From Ramazzottius varieornatus (lineage: Eukaryota > Animalia > Tardigrada), in the NCBI GenBank assembly GCA_001949185.1, contig BDGG01000001.1, positions 4,639,624-4,703,623 of the forward strand: a stretch of DNA of 64,000 bases, read 5' to 3'. Position 1 is the stretch's first letter. The number at the start of each line of letters is the position of its first letter. Below, in pieces: positions 41,595 to 61,154 of the stretch. The translations under genes were made by a program, and so were the position numbers. A model generated the notes under the pieces. That model was not told where the DNA came from. It ran no database searches and saw nothing but the letters and a program-made list of their open reading frames with translations.

Positions 41595-41664
41595 AGGTCG
41601 CCGAGCGAAGTGGCGCAGAGGGTGTGTGACGTACCGGCAAATGTGCGCGACTTGGGCGGTTGAC
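41595..41664. repeat. Family A palindrome, intergenic
   Basis: aagtggcgcag-N24-gtgcgcgacttggg, with an extra half-site at 41679. Confidence 0.6.
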
Positions 41665-44600
41665 CAGTCGACACAGAAGTGCGCCACTTAACCGGGAGTG
41701 GACACTATTTTCTACTGGTCCAAGGACGACTTAAACAAAAACTTGCCAAAAATTTAGTAAGACAAATTTTGTTTTGGTATTACGGTATCCGAAGCTAAGA
41801 ATTGCAACAGAGAAATATGGAAAGGACGGCAATATTTTCGACTAAAATTATGTATAAATCATTCGGGTTGAGCTGTTGGTCACATATGTACATGTGTGGC
41901 CTCGAGGGACCTGCGGGGATATTTTCGTAACAATATGGGACGCTGAGTGGCGGAAGAGGAAAGGAGAATAAGAGACCGAGTGGCTAGTCGCGGGATTTGC
42001 TCAACGGATTTGGGATGATGAAAATTGTCGGTGCTGTAATTGTCACCTGTCACTTTCAGCTTGGTCAGTTTTCACTGGCATCACTTCTAATCGTATCCTG
42101 GGCATATTGTGGTTGGGCCAGTGTGGCACAAAGCCGCAACTTGCCAGGATTCGCGGCTTATCGAAAGCTCAGGTCTGTCTTGCACAGGCACACAGTTGCT
42201 CATGAATTGCGTTGACGGTGGGCAGTGAACACTCGTTTTTGATCGGTTTGACCAAAGAGTTAAACTGACCGTGTGCCCTCAGCCGGAGGCAGGGAGGAAG
42301 AGGAGGAGGAAGAGGATGGCGCGATGGCATATATCTATGCAAAGTGTGGCAGATGTGAATCTCTTTTAAATCTGCTTGCCTTTACTCCTGCTTTTCCATC
42401 GCTTCAAGGCAATAGACGGCACAAATGAAAAGTGAGTTAACGCATAAAACCATAGGTGAATCGCACAACAGTTGTGCGATTTCACTATCAATTTCCTGTG
42501 ATGAATTGAATAAAGGCCAAAGCTGTGATTAATTTCACTTCACTTCTGCCGGCTGGACACTTTTCGATGTTCCTCACTGCACAGGTAGCTTGATTCAAAC
42601 TGCATCTGGCTTTATTTCCGGAACCCTTGGCTACTTCCCAACTTTTAAATTTCATTTTTGAACCCATAAGTACATTTTCTACGGCGTGGACATTCCTGGT
42701 GTGAAAATTGGAAGAGACTGATTCCCACAGCCAGTCGGCCTACCACGCCCAGAGCGAGGCGTCCTCTATCGTCGGTTACATTTGCTTATGCCTGCTTGCG
42801 CTTCAGTTGCTCTTCCATATCTCGGTTGTCTCAGAGCAATCCGGAGTTTTGGAGCGGAAGCCCTCGACAGACCGAGACGAGTCCTCATCGATTATTATAA
42901 CAGGTAAGTGCCACAAAAGACACTGGTAGCAATGATGGTATGGCGTGCGCTGTTTGGCGGAGGTCCGAACGGAGTACCCTCTCTTCAAGCACACTTTTAA
43001 AACGCTTTGTCAGGTGTGACAACTCATCTTCGTCATTGCAACAGTAAGGTTTGAATAAAATATTTTATCTGGAAGTGGGGCGCCTGGTTGTCGTAAAGTT
43101 TTATGCTAATGCGCTGCATCGTAAATATTAGACCTGAAGTTTTTTGTGAAGGGGTAATTAGTGGGCACGTGCATCAGCCATTTTACGACGTGTGAGTCGT
43201 CGACCGCTCAATTCTGAGTCCACATCAGGCACCGCACAGAACCGTAAACTTCCTACCAAGCGGTATTCTTCGCATTGGCTCCGATGATTTACGTGGACTA
43301 TATGCTTGTTCGACTGTCAAATCAACACTATCGCAAACATCTAAAAATAGAAAAGCTTCCAAGGCTTGAAACTGAAACACCTTCATAGGTTCATGTACTG
43401 CATCAAGAATGTCTGTTTCTCACCGTTCGGCCGAAACCCGATCAGCTTACTGGCCATTTCCTATCTCCTGCTGCACAGCTCACCAGTGCCCGGAGTCAGG
43501 ACACAAAGATGTGACACCTTTGTGTAGATTGCTATGATGTCGTCTTTGACTGTTTATTATAGATAAATTTGGTGCATCTTTATGATGATGGGGCAGCAGG
43601 AAAACCATTAGGGCAATCTAAATTACCTGACCAGTCGTCTGTCTTCACGAGGACCTGAGGCCTTCCCCGCTGTCTTGCCAGAAAGGGAACGGAGCGCGTC
43701 TACATACGTTCAGACCTGAATACGACTTGATTTGATAGGTGCGCCTGTTATCACAACCTGATGATCTGGATCATGTTTCCTAATCAAACCTGATTCAGCT
43801 GGACTTTGGCTCCAACGGTGTGTGCGGGGAATGACAACTGCCCATCCACCCCCAAATTCTTCGACCTGTGCCGAGACGAACTGGCCGTGCTTTCTTGAAT
43901 CATTCCTCGGCAGTAGAGGAAAGTCCAAACCGTGTCAAAGATATCTGAAAATCGAAACAAATGTCAGATGAGCGGATATATCTCAATAAAACCAAGTCCC
44001 GAAAAATAGCCAGAAATCTCGAATAGGATAAAAATTTTACTTGAAAATTTGGCGTGGGTTCCCATCGAACCACGCCCAAAGATCTCAAACTTGGACATAT
44101 CCTGGAAAACTTTCCGGTTCGCTACTGTTTTTTTCTCACTGATTTTATGGAGTTGTGGGAGTGTTTGAAGGTGCTGAACGGGTTTTGGGGTTAGAAGAGT
44201 TCTAGAGGAAAGGCGCGCTGAGCGACCGGTATGAGTGTGGTATGTCTGGTGGAGGAAGCAAGGTACACGTCGCAGGGTAGGCCAAGTCGACCTGCACTTC
44301 CTTTCATGGCTATTCGTCTTCTACTAGTTCAGCCGTTCTCCCACACGTTTATTTATATGTGTCATGATACAGAGTCTGAACATGTCGTCAGGTGGAACAC
44401 TTTTATCAGTTGAGATAAGCACATTTTGTTTTTCTTGCTTGTTCGACTTCCACCTCAACAGAGTTATCGAACGGTATGGTTGGCGTTCATTTGACATGAG
44501 CTGCCCTGTACTTCTGCCATTTTGCAACCTAATGTGAGGCAGTCAGCACATGATCGCTGGTGCGAGAAAAAAGGTGCTTTTCTAATTCCAACCTGGCCGA

Positions 44601-47600
44601 TCTAGTCAACCGATAACACCTCGACTGTACGCGCAACGAACTCGTCAGTTCCTAACCTTACCCAACCCGCAAGTGTTTCCGTTTCGCTGTTCGTTATTTT
44701 GCTCCATTTGAGGTCCCGCAAAACTTCATCAAATTACCTTCTTGTACCACAGGGAACTGTCAGGCTGTTCAGAAATCCGAAGAACCTACCCGAGGCCCGC
44801 TCCATGCACAGATCTTGACCTCTTGACCATCCATCTGCTGAATCCAGGTAAAAAGTCATTCATAAGCAAATTCAGTAAAATTACCTGCAAGGAACATATT
44901 TTTAACTTTAAATCAATCGTTTCGCGGTACTGGGACCCAAGTCCAGGGTAGATCCAGGGTAGAAGAAACAGGAAACGTGGTTTGAAGTCTGGCCGTATGG
45001 GGACGACTGAGACCTTTCCCGAGGTGATGAGAAAGGAGCCGAAGGGTTACCTGTGCGGCCGACTCGACGTCTACCTGTTAGCAGTGTAGAGTACTTTGCG
45101 ATGCTGTCGATTTGACGATAAATATATCCTGGCGCATACGTGTGATATAAAATAACATATATTACGTTGAGGTGATTCCCATATCGCCATATTACAAAGG
45201 ACTTTATTGAGAGCTATGTTATAGAACCAATAATTTTGTCTGCATTTTCGTATCACCGTGTTGGGACAGTTCATTCGTATGACATCATCATCTACCCACA
45301 ATTCTGCGGTCTGGGTGACGCATTTTTCGAAAATTTTCCCCTGACCAAGTTTAGAACGGATGATGATTCATAAGTGTAAAGCAGTGGGGCGGAAGTGGAC
45401 AATAGTTCGATGTAGTTGTGCTGTAATTAAAGAGCCGGGTTCCATCAGTTAGAGTGATCTGGCACAACTTAAAGTTAACCATGAGATCGACAAGGCTTTC
45501 CGGCAAATCTCGGCCCATTTTGCCGCATAAAGCATGCCCAAAGAGACAACAACATAATCATATCATCCATCATCCCGTACATTACCCTTTATGTTTTGTC
45601 CATGCAATCTATCCAGCCCTACTTTCAGGCCGTGACAGCTGCATGCATACTCGGCTTGCGTACGTAGGGAAGTATAGCTGGAGAAGAGTTGGGAAGAGGA
45701 CAGTGGTCTTGCGGCACGGTAGCCAGCAATCATTGCCAATCAGGGCCGCGCAGAGTGCATAGTCGAGTTCTGTCAATATGAACTTTCCATTGCTTGTTCT
45801 ACAATTTTGCAAAGATTTTATTTGGACAAAAGATCAGTCAAGAATATGGCAAATACCAACGCGTGCTCCCCACTTGTCCGCTGGTCCTGTGCAGGACAGC
45901 TAGCTATAGTCGCACTTGCAATTAATGACCTCACGAAGTTCTCATTTCTGAATTTTAAAAAACAATTGGCCAATAATCAGGAAAAAATCACTTAGCATCG
46001 ATTAACTGAGTGGCTTTTGCTCTTATGAAATACTTCTAACCGACAGAAATCAAACGTTACAGGAGTCCCTTATGGAATTCCGTCCAACACTCTTCCCAAC
46101 TCGCGCATGTATGAAGTTTGATACGATACTTTCTCCGAATTGCGAACGACAAAACAACGTTCTTCGCTTTCAAGAAATTTATAAATCCAGAAAAGAAATG
46201 GGGTTTCGAAGTTTGGAAAATTTGGAAACTTCTTGTTTGAAGAGCCGCCACGAACCTCTTCTGAGTTTGCGGGTTCGTCGTCTTGATTAAAATAATTTGG
46301 CACTGTGTGGTTGCAACGAAGCAAGTGCATCACTTCACCAAAAGCCTTTCTTTCCTCCGTCACCGGAATCACCGTATTTTCTCATGCGTGCAACGATGCG
46401 CAAACGGGGTGATCTATTTAGGATAGTCGCGACTGGGCAAGATGGCTACGAATGTATCGATCGGCGACGATCGGGTGCCGGCACGTCAAATGTTGGGAGC
46501 ATCTCTTCGGTCAAGATATTGCCACATCTGGCCAGGGCGTTATGCCTATTCTCCGTCGCCATTTCAATCTGATCGTGCATACTTTGGTAACATGGCCAAA
46601 GATGCAAAGCAGACAAAGTAGAGCACAGGACAGCTAGCGCGAGCGTTGCGAGTGATATTACAGCTCAAAGGAAAGAGTGAGGTCGATATCGGTCCGCGCC
46701 ACTCTTTGCAGTCACATGCCTGAGTCGTCCTGTCGTCGTGCACTAATTTCCTCCCAGCTATCCTATTGATTAAAAATTTTTCACCGACGATCGTCACTGT
46801 GAAGTTTATGACAGACAGCAGGCAGGCAAAAGAGCGAGCGAGCGAGCAAGCGAAGGAAGGAGAAAAGCTGTGCCTCGATCTGATCAACTTACTTGCACAG
46901 GAAGTAACGACGGAGGAGCGATCGAGAGCGCGGGTACGAGTATAACTACGGATAATGAAATCTGCACTTTTGGTAGTTAGGTTTACGCAAGGAAGGCAAG
47001 GAGGACAGAGAAAGAAAGAGACAACACAGCCATACACCGCAAGCTGTGCGATCGACCGGCGGATGGATCTCACTCTCGTCCTCGTCATCTGGCAGGAAGG
47101 AAAGGAGTGCGCTCTCGCTCGCATCCATCAGCGAGTTCACGTCGATGACGATGTCGACGTTAATGCCTCTCGGTCGGCACCGGTGTAGCAACGTGTAGGC
47201 CGGCCTGGCCATGTCCTCCTGGCAGGAAGATGCCTATGCGCCAGCGCTGAAAATAGACCAGCCATCTAACTACACAACACGGGATTGAATTTCGCAAAAT
47301 GGCTTCTGGCCCGCGCATAAACGTACACGTACACTACCATAGCGCGATGAACTTCTCCCTTACTTTCCTCTTCCCACCGTACCGTCGTACTCTCACTTCG
47401 CCAACATTACACTTACTTTCAATCTCTCCTGGTCGACGTGTACGTAGGTCGATGGAGGAGTTTAGTACGAGTAGAGTCAGCGGATGATGATGAATCAGGA
47501 GGATTAGGTCGGGTACTGGTAAACAGCCCGGGCTATATACTGCTGCTTTGCATATACATGTAACCAGTGATACCTTTGACGTGCACTCACGTCGATCGTC

Positions 47601-47833
47601 GTGAAGCCGAACTACGACGGCGACGGGCCTTCTGGTAATATTCCGTTCACTCGATGTCGCATCTCTCCCTCCATGTTAGAAATATCGACTCTCCTTTACC
47701 TGTCTTCCTACCTCGGCACACCAATCAGGTGTGTCGCGCTTCCCTTATCGACCCATTTTCATATGCTTCCATAACTGTCCCCAAATACTTCCTTCATTCT
47801 CTCTACCCTCACTGGCGAAAACAGCAATAACCC

Positions 47834-53978
<6,145 letters not shown>

Positions 53979-55041
53979 GTACCCATTCATCTTAGCCTGC
54001 GTGTCATCGTGAACCTTGTTGTGTGAATACAAAATATTCCCCCAAAAATCAAAATCAAGCGTCTTCCAAGATCAGTGTTTCCCTGAGCAAAGAAATCAAA
54101 AGAGTGTGAAGGTCTTCCCATAGAGTGACAAAATACCCCGTTTGTACGACGATAACCCTCTACTATGTGCTTCCCAGTGTCTGGCCGCTCTTACTAGTTC
54201 CTAGTACCCAAATGTTCCTTTGGATTGTTGTTTTTCGACTGGTTACATGCTCCGATCCCTTGACGTAGCAATACTTGAGTTGTAGTTGGAAATATTGTTC
54301 GGATAAGTTCTCTCTCACTCAGATACTCTGATTAGAATAATCACTTTCTATGTGATCTGCCCAGTGAGATTCCGTTGGTGACTTGTCTTTTGAGAACCGT
54401 ATTTTGTTTTACCTTTTATCGAATATTGATCACATCTGACCTGGCTCTAGGTAAAACATGTCTATCCCCTGGGTTTCCATCTTCGAATATGACAAGAAAT
54501 CTTGAGGGGAGCCTAACGGTTACCGCTTTCGAAAGGTATCGAAACATAAGAATGAACTATTAATAAAACGGGCAGCTGACGAGTATTATACAGTACAAGG
54601 TCAACCTTGCATTACTGTGATGATTCAGACCAACGGCGCTATCACAGAAGTTCGCCCATGCAAATATGTGGTGAAGATGGGGGGAAGTCGTGATAAGGAC
54701 AGTTGACTGTAGGAAGCCGCGAAGTCACGAGCTTGACCGCGTGCACACATCCGTGCACAAACGATAGCGTCGCGAGCCAAAATTTATTATAATCAAGAAC
54801 CAACAGAGCCCTAGCCGGTTCCGATCGTGTTGTTGTATGTGATTAGCGAGTTATCTTTCGAAAACCATTTGCATGGGCGAACTTTAGTGATAGTGCGGTT
54901 AGTCTGAATCGTCCCAGTAATGCAATGTCGACCTTGTACTGCGTGCAGTATCGTCAGCCGCACGTTTTACATCATTCTTGCTCGCACTTCGTGATGTTTC
55001 TGTGACGTGCAAAATTTTTCTTTTCTCTACGTTCGTAAGCT

Positions 55042-55627
55042 ATGGGTAAGTCGCCTCCAAAGGGGATGCAGAATTTCACAGATCACCCGGGACCAGTGAC
55101 AGCAGTCCGACACAACGACGATGGAACGGTTTCGCAGGTGAATGCGACTGTCAAAGGGCGTCATTTAGGTGCTGGGTCGCCCTCGACCATCCGTTCCAGG
55201 CAATACATTCAACAGCAGAACTAAGTTACACACCGGGCGATGACGTCGGTATATCATGTCTGCCCACTGGGGCGGTCCCGGCAACCAGACGTGGAACATG
55301 ATACCGCAAAACCATGGGGAAAACCGTGGGCCACATGCCCGCATGTCAAAGGAGGTAGCTGACTATGTGAGAAGCGGGGACGACAGGTACGCCAATATCA
55401 CGGCAGACTTGGCATACGAAGCGGGCTCCAGGCGACCAGCTAACATTTCGTATGAAACCACGGGTGCATCGTCGAGAAACCATTCAGACATACAGCTATA
55501 CCGACGGGACTTTTATCCCAATCGACCCACCCAAGTAACGCCCGAAAATATTAGACGAGTTGATACGCTGGAGTCGGATTTCACTAATCCAGCACGTGGA
55601 TCGTTTTGGGGATTCGGAAAGTCGTAA
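55042..55627 (+). pseudogene. Intronless DNA/RNA non-specific endonuclease (Endonuclease_NS_2-like) with two 1-bp deletions
   Basis: Joining three frames gives ..PGDDVG[H]IMSAHWGGPGNQTWNMIPQNHGENRG..LAYEAGSRRP, matching the DRGH..GG..NxxPQ..NRG pattern. Frameshifts near 55223 and 55251. Confidence 0.7.
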
Positions 55628-56298
55628 GGCAGAGGTGACAGGCACATCGCGGATTTATAGTGTGGCGACCTCTTTCTACCATAGCAGTCTTTTCAGCCGT
55701 TTTGCATCAAATTTCGACGTTTACAGTCTGCTGCCTGGACCTGTCTAGTCTCTACCTAGAAGTCTGACTGTGCTTCTTGGGCATGAATTAATACTAGCTA
55801 GTGGTTCTGACCACTGGGAAGGCCGAGCAGAAGCAAAAAAGCACAAGTTTTGCGAGTAAAAACTTTTGCTACTCGGATCAAGTTGCGCACTTGTTTTCAG
55901 TACAGAGGTTGCGATATCTGAAAGCTCGAACAAGCTGATCGTCCATTGAAATCTCGACAGACTTAAAAGGGCCTCGCTTCGCTCGGCCTGATCAGCGAAG
56001 AAAAATATCAGAGTGAATTTTGTAGCAACGAACAATTATTTTATCCTCACAAAAGCATTCAGAAATTACCAGTCACCCAGATACGAGGACAACTTTGCTC
56101 CACCGTCCAGTCCATCAGACAACGAGAGAAGAAAGAGACGTGTGAAAAAGGTTTTTGTTACCGACAAAAAGCAAATATGGTTTCTCGGCTAAAAATAGTA
56201 AAAAAAGACTTATTTTTAACTGTTGTTGCAAAGAAAGAAGTGTGAACTATCGAACGCCAAGATCAAACCATACAGTAGGACACCTCAAGAGACCGATT

Positions 56299-59200
56299 TT
56301 AGGCAACGTACGTGTACTGGTCTTTGGCTTCTTCGTCGCGCTTTAGGAAATCTTTGTCAATCAGAATTTCAATGCATCTCTGTAAAACAGCAAAATGTAC
56401 CATGTCGAAATAGGTACGATTTAGGTGACAGAACATACCTTGATGATGATGACCGACGGCTTGAATCGGTTGGACAGAAGCTGCAGAGTTTCCGCCATCA
56501 GTTCTTGGTGTCGTAGCTGCTTGCGCATCTTCATGATACGGACGATCGTAGCTTGGATCAACAGCTTACGATCCTCCTCGATGACTTTGTTGGTCTGATC
56601 CTCTTCCTGCTTCTGCTCGGCACGGATCGGCAAGTTCAAGTTGATCTTCAGTTTCTTACTGCAGAACAAGAAGAGTCAGGGTCATTTCTCTTTCGAACGA
56701 ATCCAGCAAGAGATGACGTACCTCTTGAAAGCAGTGTTCAACTTGACAGAGACGCCTTCCACCAACAGGTCCTTCTCATCCACTTCCTCGGCTTCCTCCC
56801 TAATGAGTAAAACCTTCTGCTTGAGAAGTATGACCAGGATCTGATCGAAGTATGGACGCTCGGTGCCGACCATCTGCTGAAGCTCTACCACGGGATACTG
56901 GGTCTTGCTGTTGAAGCACAGAAGGATAGCTGCTTGGTACGAAGAGGCCTAAAAAATCACTCAAAAGTTATTATACTGCAGAATAACGAGGCACAAGACA
57001 CCATTAAGGGATGAGATCGGGCTTAATGGATAAGGTACCTGAAAAATGTACTTCTTGGAGAAACAGTTGGCGCTCAGTTCCGTCTTGGACAAATTGAACT
57101 GCCAAGTCAGCTTCCGGCCGTTGTACTTGGCGCCGTAAAAGTCTTTGAAAGCAATAAGCGGACGTTCCAGCTGCAAAAACAACACATCATTCTCAAATTT
57201 TGAAAATGCTAAGCGGTAAAAGGAAGGAGAACGTGGAAGACGTACCTCGGCTGGCACGATCAGAGTATTTCGTTCCGTCAGCGGCCAAGCTCCCGTACTC
57301 AAGACCTGAATACCAAATTCGCAGTCAAAGCTTCGGTTGCCAGTCTCAAGGTGAGCCCTGAGCTGGTCATTCAGATCTCGGCTCAAGCCAATGTCTTGGA
57401 ACATGCGCTGAAGCTTCGCGGTATATTCGAAACCACATAAGGCCTGAAACACACCACAAACGTCCGCTTAGAATATCCCCTTGTGATCTGTGAGAAAGAG
57501 CAAAGGAACGATGGCATTTCTACCTTGAGTTTGGAGATCATGGAAGCTTCAGCATCGTCACTAGCCGAGGTCTGCAGGACCAGACGCTTGGACAGAAGTT
57601 TGCTGTAAAACTTCTGGAAGACATCCTTGTCCACCACGTAGCGGAAAACGACCATTAAACGAGTCAGTGACTCTTCCAGTTCCAGTTCGTCCGGGTTCTT
57701 TGTGCTACAATAAACAACCGAAATTATTATTCAAATTTAATATCGCTTTACTTCGATCAATGTCCACTCTACAGTCTACACACCTCTTTTTCAGAACACC
57801 ATCGCAATATCGTGCCAATAGTTCGGAAACTTTCGCAGGATTCTTAGCCAAAACAGTGATGGCATTGTTGTTGACCAAGTGTTCGAAGGCCTAAAGAAAC
57901 AAAAGTTAGTGCAAAGATGGAATTAGATAACCGAGAAAGCTTCATATGAAAGCTCGGTAATGTTGGTCGACATGTGGTTGCACAAGTGGCGCACGCTTTC
58001 AGCCGCTAACACCGAAAAAGTGCGCCACCAGGGAAAACGATGTTGTTGAGATTGAGTGCCGAGCGACCCGAGCTGCCATATCGTTGTATGAAAGTCGACG
58101 AAATACTATGACAAATCTTATTTACTTTGTCCATAGCGGTAGAGAAGCCATGATCGCCCTTGAAGGCTCCATGGATGAGCTTACTACTGCGATCGTACAC
58201 TTCAAGGATAGCCAAGACGAAAGCTCGAGGGTCATTCATCAGCTGTTCAGCATTGTTAGCCAGAGTTGCTCCACCAAACTCCTTGATGTGAGTTTCAACC
58301 AGCTTGTACAGACTGTCCACGCCATTCGGTACTCGAGACAGCAGATTGTAGATGGACGCCAACTCTGAAGAAGAACATCCATGTAAACTAGGAAGCAACC
58401 TAGAAGAAGTCAGAGAAAGGTACACTAACCTTCAAGTTTCTCTTCGGCCAGCAGCTTCTTGAATTCTGCATGGAGAATGTCCATCTGTTTAATGATGAGG
58501 ACATCTTCCATCGTCTTCTTCAGCAACGGCCCACTGGATTCGTGAAGATACTTGGTGCAGCGTACATCCTCTTCTGCCAGTCGACCGACCACCTGAAGGC
58601 GAAACACAGCAATTAATTTCCGTAGAAAACAAAGATGGGAGCTTGGTGAACAAAATCGATCAGATTATCCATCCCGAATGGCGCACGCTTTCACTCGAGA
58701 ACACTGGAAATGAGTGCCACTTGGGAAAACGATCTGGATGAACGCACTAAGTAAACGTACCTTGCCGATGTAAATTTCTACAGGGTTAGTAGCTAAGAAG
58801 CTCTGGCTTTCCTGCGTGTAGAACTTGATGGTTTCGTCGATAAAGTGCGACTCGAAGGAGTTCTTATAGACATGCAGACCCACAGCCTTGTTGTCTCTGG
58901 ACGGATCGGTGACGGTTCTGTTGGCACTAGCCTGGTTCCTCTCGTCCCCGTCCACGTCAGCACTCACTCCAAGCTCAACTAAACCCAAGGAACAATCAGC
59001 AACTACATAACAGCGAATCGAAGTTTGCGGAAAGGAAGACTACATACCAATACTGTCGACGGTCGTCCGCAAAAGATTGCTGTTGATCAACTCGCCATTA
59101 CGATCTCGCGTGATCATATCCATGATGGCACGAAGCAACTACAACAAGAAGATGCTAACAAAAACCAAGAACTATTTTAGTACGTAGGAAGATAGAACTT

Positions 59201-60029
59201 AGACAAGTTCCAAGATCTGAGAAAGCAGGTAAAAACGATGGATCGTACCTGCGTTTCAAGCCCACTGAAGATGTTTTCTCGCCACTGAACAAGGCAAAGT
59301 CCGTAAACGGGGTAGATTTCTTTGTGGCGGCCTTCGTCATTCTCCCGCTTGACCCAGTGACGATTCAGGTACATGCACATGCCGTGCGCCACTTTGCTAG
59401 AGAAGCGAAAGTCTTGCCACTGCTTGGCATAAGCTACCAGCAGCTCATCTCCACGGTGGTGCTTCAGTTTCTACAAGCACATCAACGGAGTGGACCAGCA
59501 TTCAGCAAACTAACGATCAACTATTTTTGACTGTAATTGTTACCAAAAGACGGGAAAGGTGAAAGAATTCGACTGTTACCTCACGAACACCAACAAGATG
59601 GCCACTTATGAAGTCCGTCAGCTTTTTGTACAGCTCCATTCCGACCCAGGCCGCCTGAGTGGAAGGCGTCGCAGCATCGGAACAAGATGGCTCACCACGA
59701 CCAGTTGGACGTCTTTTACTTTTGGTCTGAAGCGACGGAGCTGATGGTGGTTCTTGTCCATTGTGGGTCATTGAAGTACAGTAGGAGTAAACAGTCCTGA
59801 GAAGGAAACCACAATCATCCCAACACATGAAATCCCATAGTAGAATCTCCGACTTATCTAGATCCGATACATACGAGTAGTGGTGCATGTAGCCACCTTT
59901 GGACATCTGCTTCATCTGAAAGACACTGGTGAGTCCAGGCTCCACTTCACTCCACATTCCCTCTAGGGTGATCTTCCTGTTCGCCATGCTGTGTTGCTGC
60001 ATAGCACGGTTGCGGGAATCACCATTCAT
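56299..60029 (-). CDS. CUL1: Cullin-1, multi-exon
   Basis: [96 protein letters not shown]. Confidence 0.92.
57970..58042. repeat. Family A palindrome, CUL1 intron
   Basis: caagtggcgcac-N25-gtgcgccaccagggaaaacgat. Confidence 0.8.
58661..58736. repeat. Family A palindrome, CUL1 intron
   Basis: cagattatccatcccgaatggcgcac-N25-gagtgccacttgggaaaacgatctg. Confidence 0.8.
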
Positions 60030-60344
60030 TCCCAACTAGTTCAGACTCTGGAACATACATCGATATAAGCTTGTAAACAGAAAACCGTCAGTCAAGAAAC
60101 AGCTTATCAGCAGTAGCCAGATACACAATAAGATGATCAGCTGAACAGGATCTGTCACCTGCGCGGTTACCAATCGTCGTACGCTAACGTTCTCCCGTCC
60201 GTCAGGGTGCTGATCGTCAAGCTCTCCACACTACGAAAATGTCCTTTTTGGGAAGGGGACTGGGAAGAGTTTTCGATATGGGATTATGGATCGAAACGAT
60301 CCTGAACATTTCTAGGCAGAAAATCCACTCTGCGTAATTGCGTT

Positions 60345-60380
60345 ATTTGCTATTTGCTATTTGCGATTTGCGATTTGCGA
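60345..60380. repeat. 7-bp tandem repeat (atttgcK)n in the CUL1/RhoGAP divergent promoter region
   Basis: atttgctatttgctatttgcgatttgcgatttgcga. Confidence 0.8.
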
Positions 60381-61154
60381 CGGGCACTCGGGCAGTCGGG
60401 CACGTGACCCCGCGTTTTCAATACGGATTTCCAGGCGATCTTGACTTTTTGAACCTGGGGAAAAAGGAGCACCTTGTCGGGAAGCCCTTCTAAACTCCAA
60501 ACTCCGAAGCGACAAGAGGTCATCGCCTTCCCGCCTGCCCGGGGCTTCGGAAGGGTCAGGGTACTCGCACCGTTGATTTTGCGAGCTGGATAAAAATTTA
60601 GTTGTGGGCGTCTTGCCCAGCTGTGGTCGCGCAGTAAACTGTTGATGCGTCTAACTTAAATGCGCCACTGAAATGCGTACTGCAAATCAATGAATCCATG
60701 TACCATCGTAATCGACACTCCGTGATGAATCAAATGATGACTGTTTTGTCGTCTCTGCTCTCTTGTCTTAGCGTCTTGCAGCTCTTGTCTCTTCCATCGC
60801 TTTCGGTTTTCTGGTGGAATTCGGGAATCGGGAATTCGGTGCAGAAAGCAAAGTTTAGTTGATTCGTTAACGGATCTCTCCAGCTTCCAGGCTGGTTAAG
60901 GCAAACCTCGGGGATCTCAACGTGCCTGGCAAGCAAGACCGCGGATGGACACTCTGGCATGTTTATTATCGTTGTCACGTAGAAATGTCCTGGATTTCCT
61001 TCAGCTCGTGTTTTCGAAAGGCAAACTGGTTTTTGGTGTGTTTCAGAGGTGGCAAAGTTTACTTGATCGATGATCTGGTTGACGCACTGGCTAATTTACA
61101 CGGCGTATGGACAACTGGACAACGCCTACTGTAACCACTATCTAGCCCGTCAAC

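Noticed and set aside
46564-47212. 186-aa minus-strand ORF and neighbours upstream of zfh1
   Set aside because: Low-complexity GA-rich promoter/UTR-like sequence with no domain signal.
60151-60161. Third copy of the TCTGTCACCTG promoter motif
   Set aside because: Coincides with a likely minus-strand 5' UTR splice donor (CAG|GTGACA) of CUL1.
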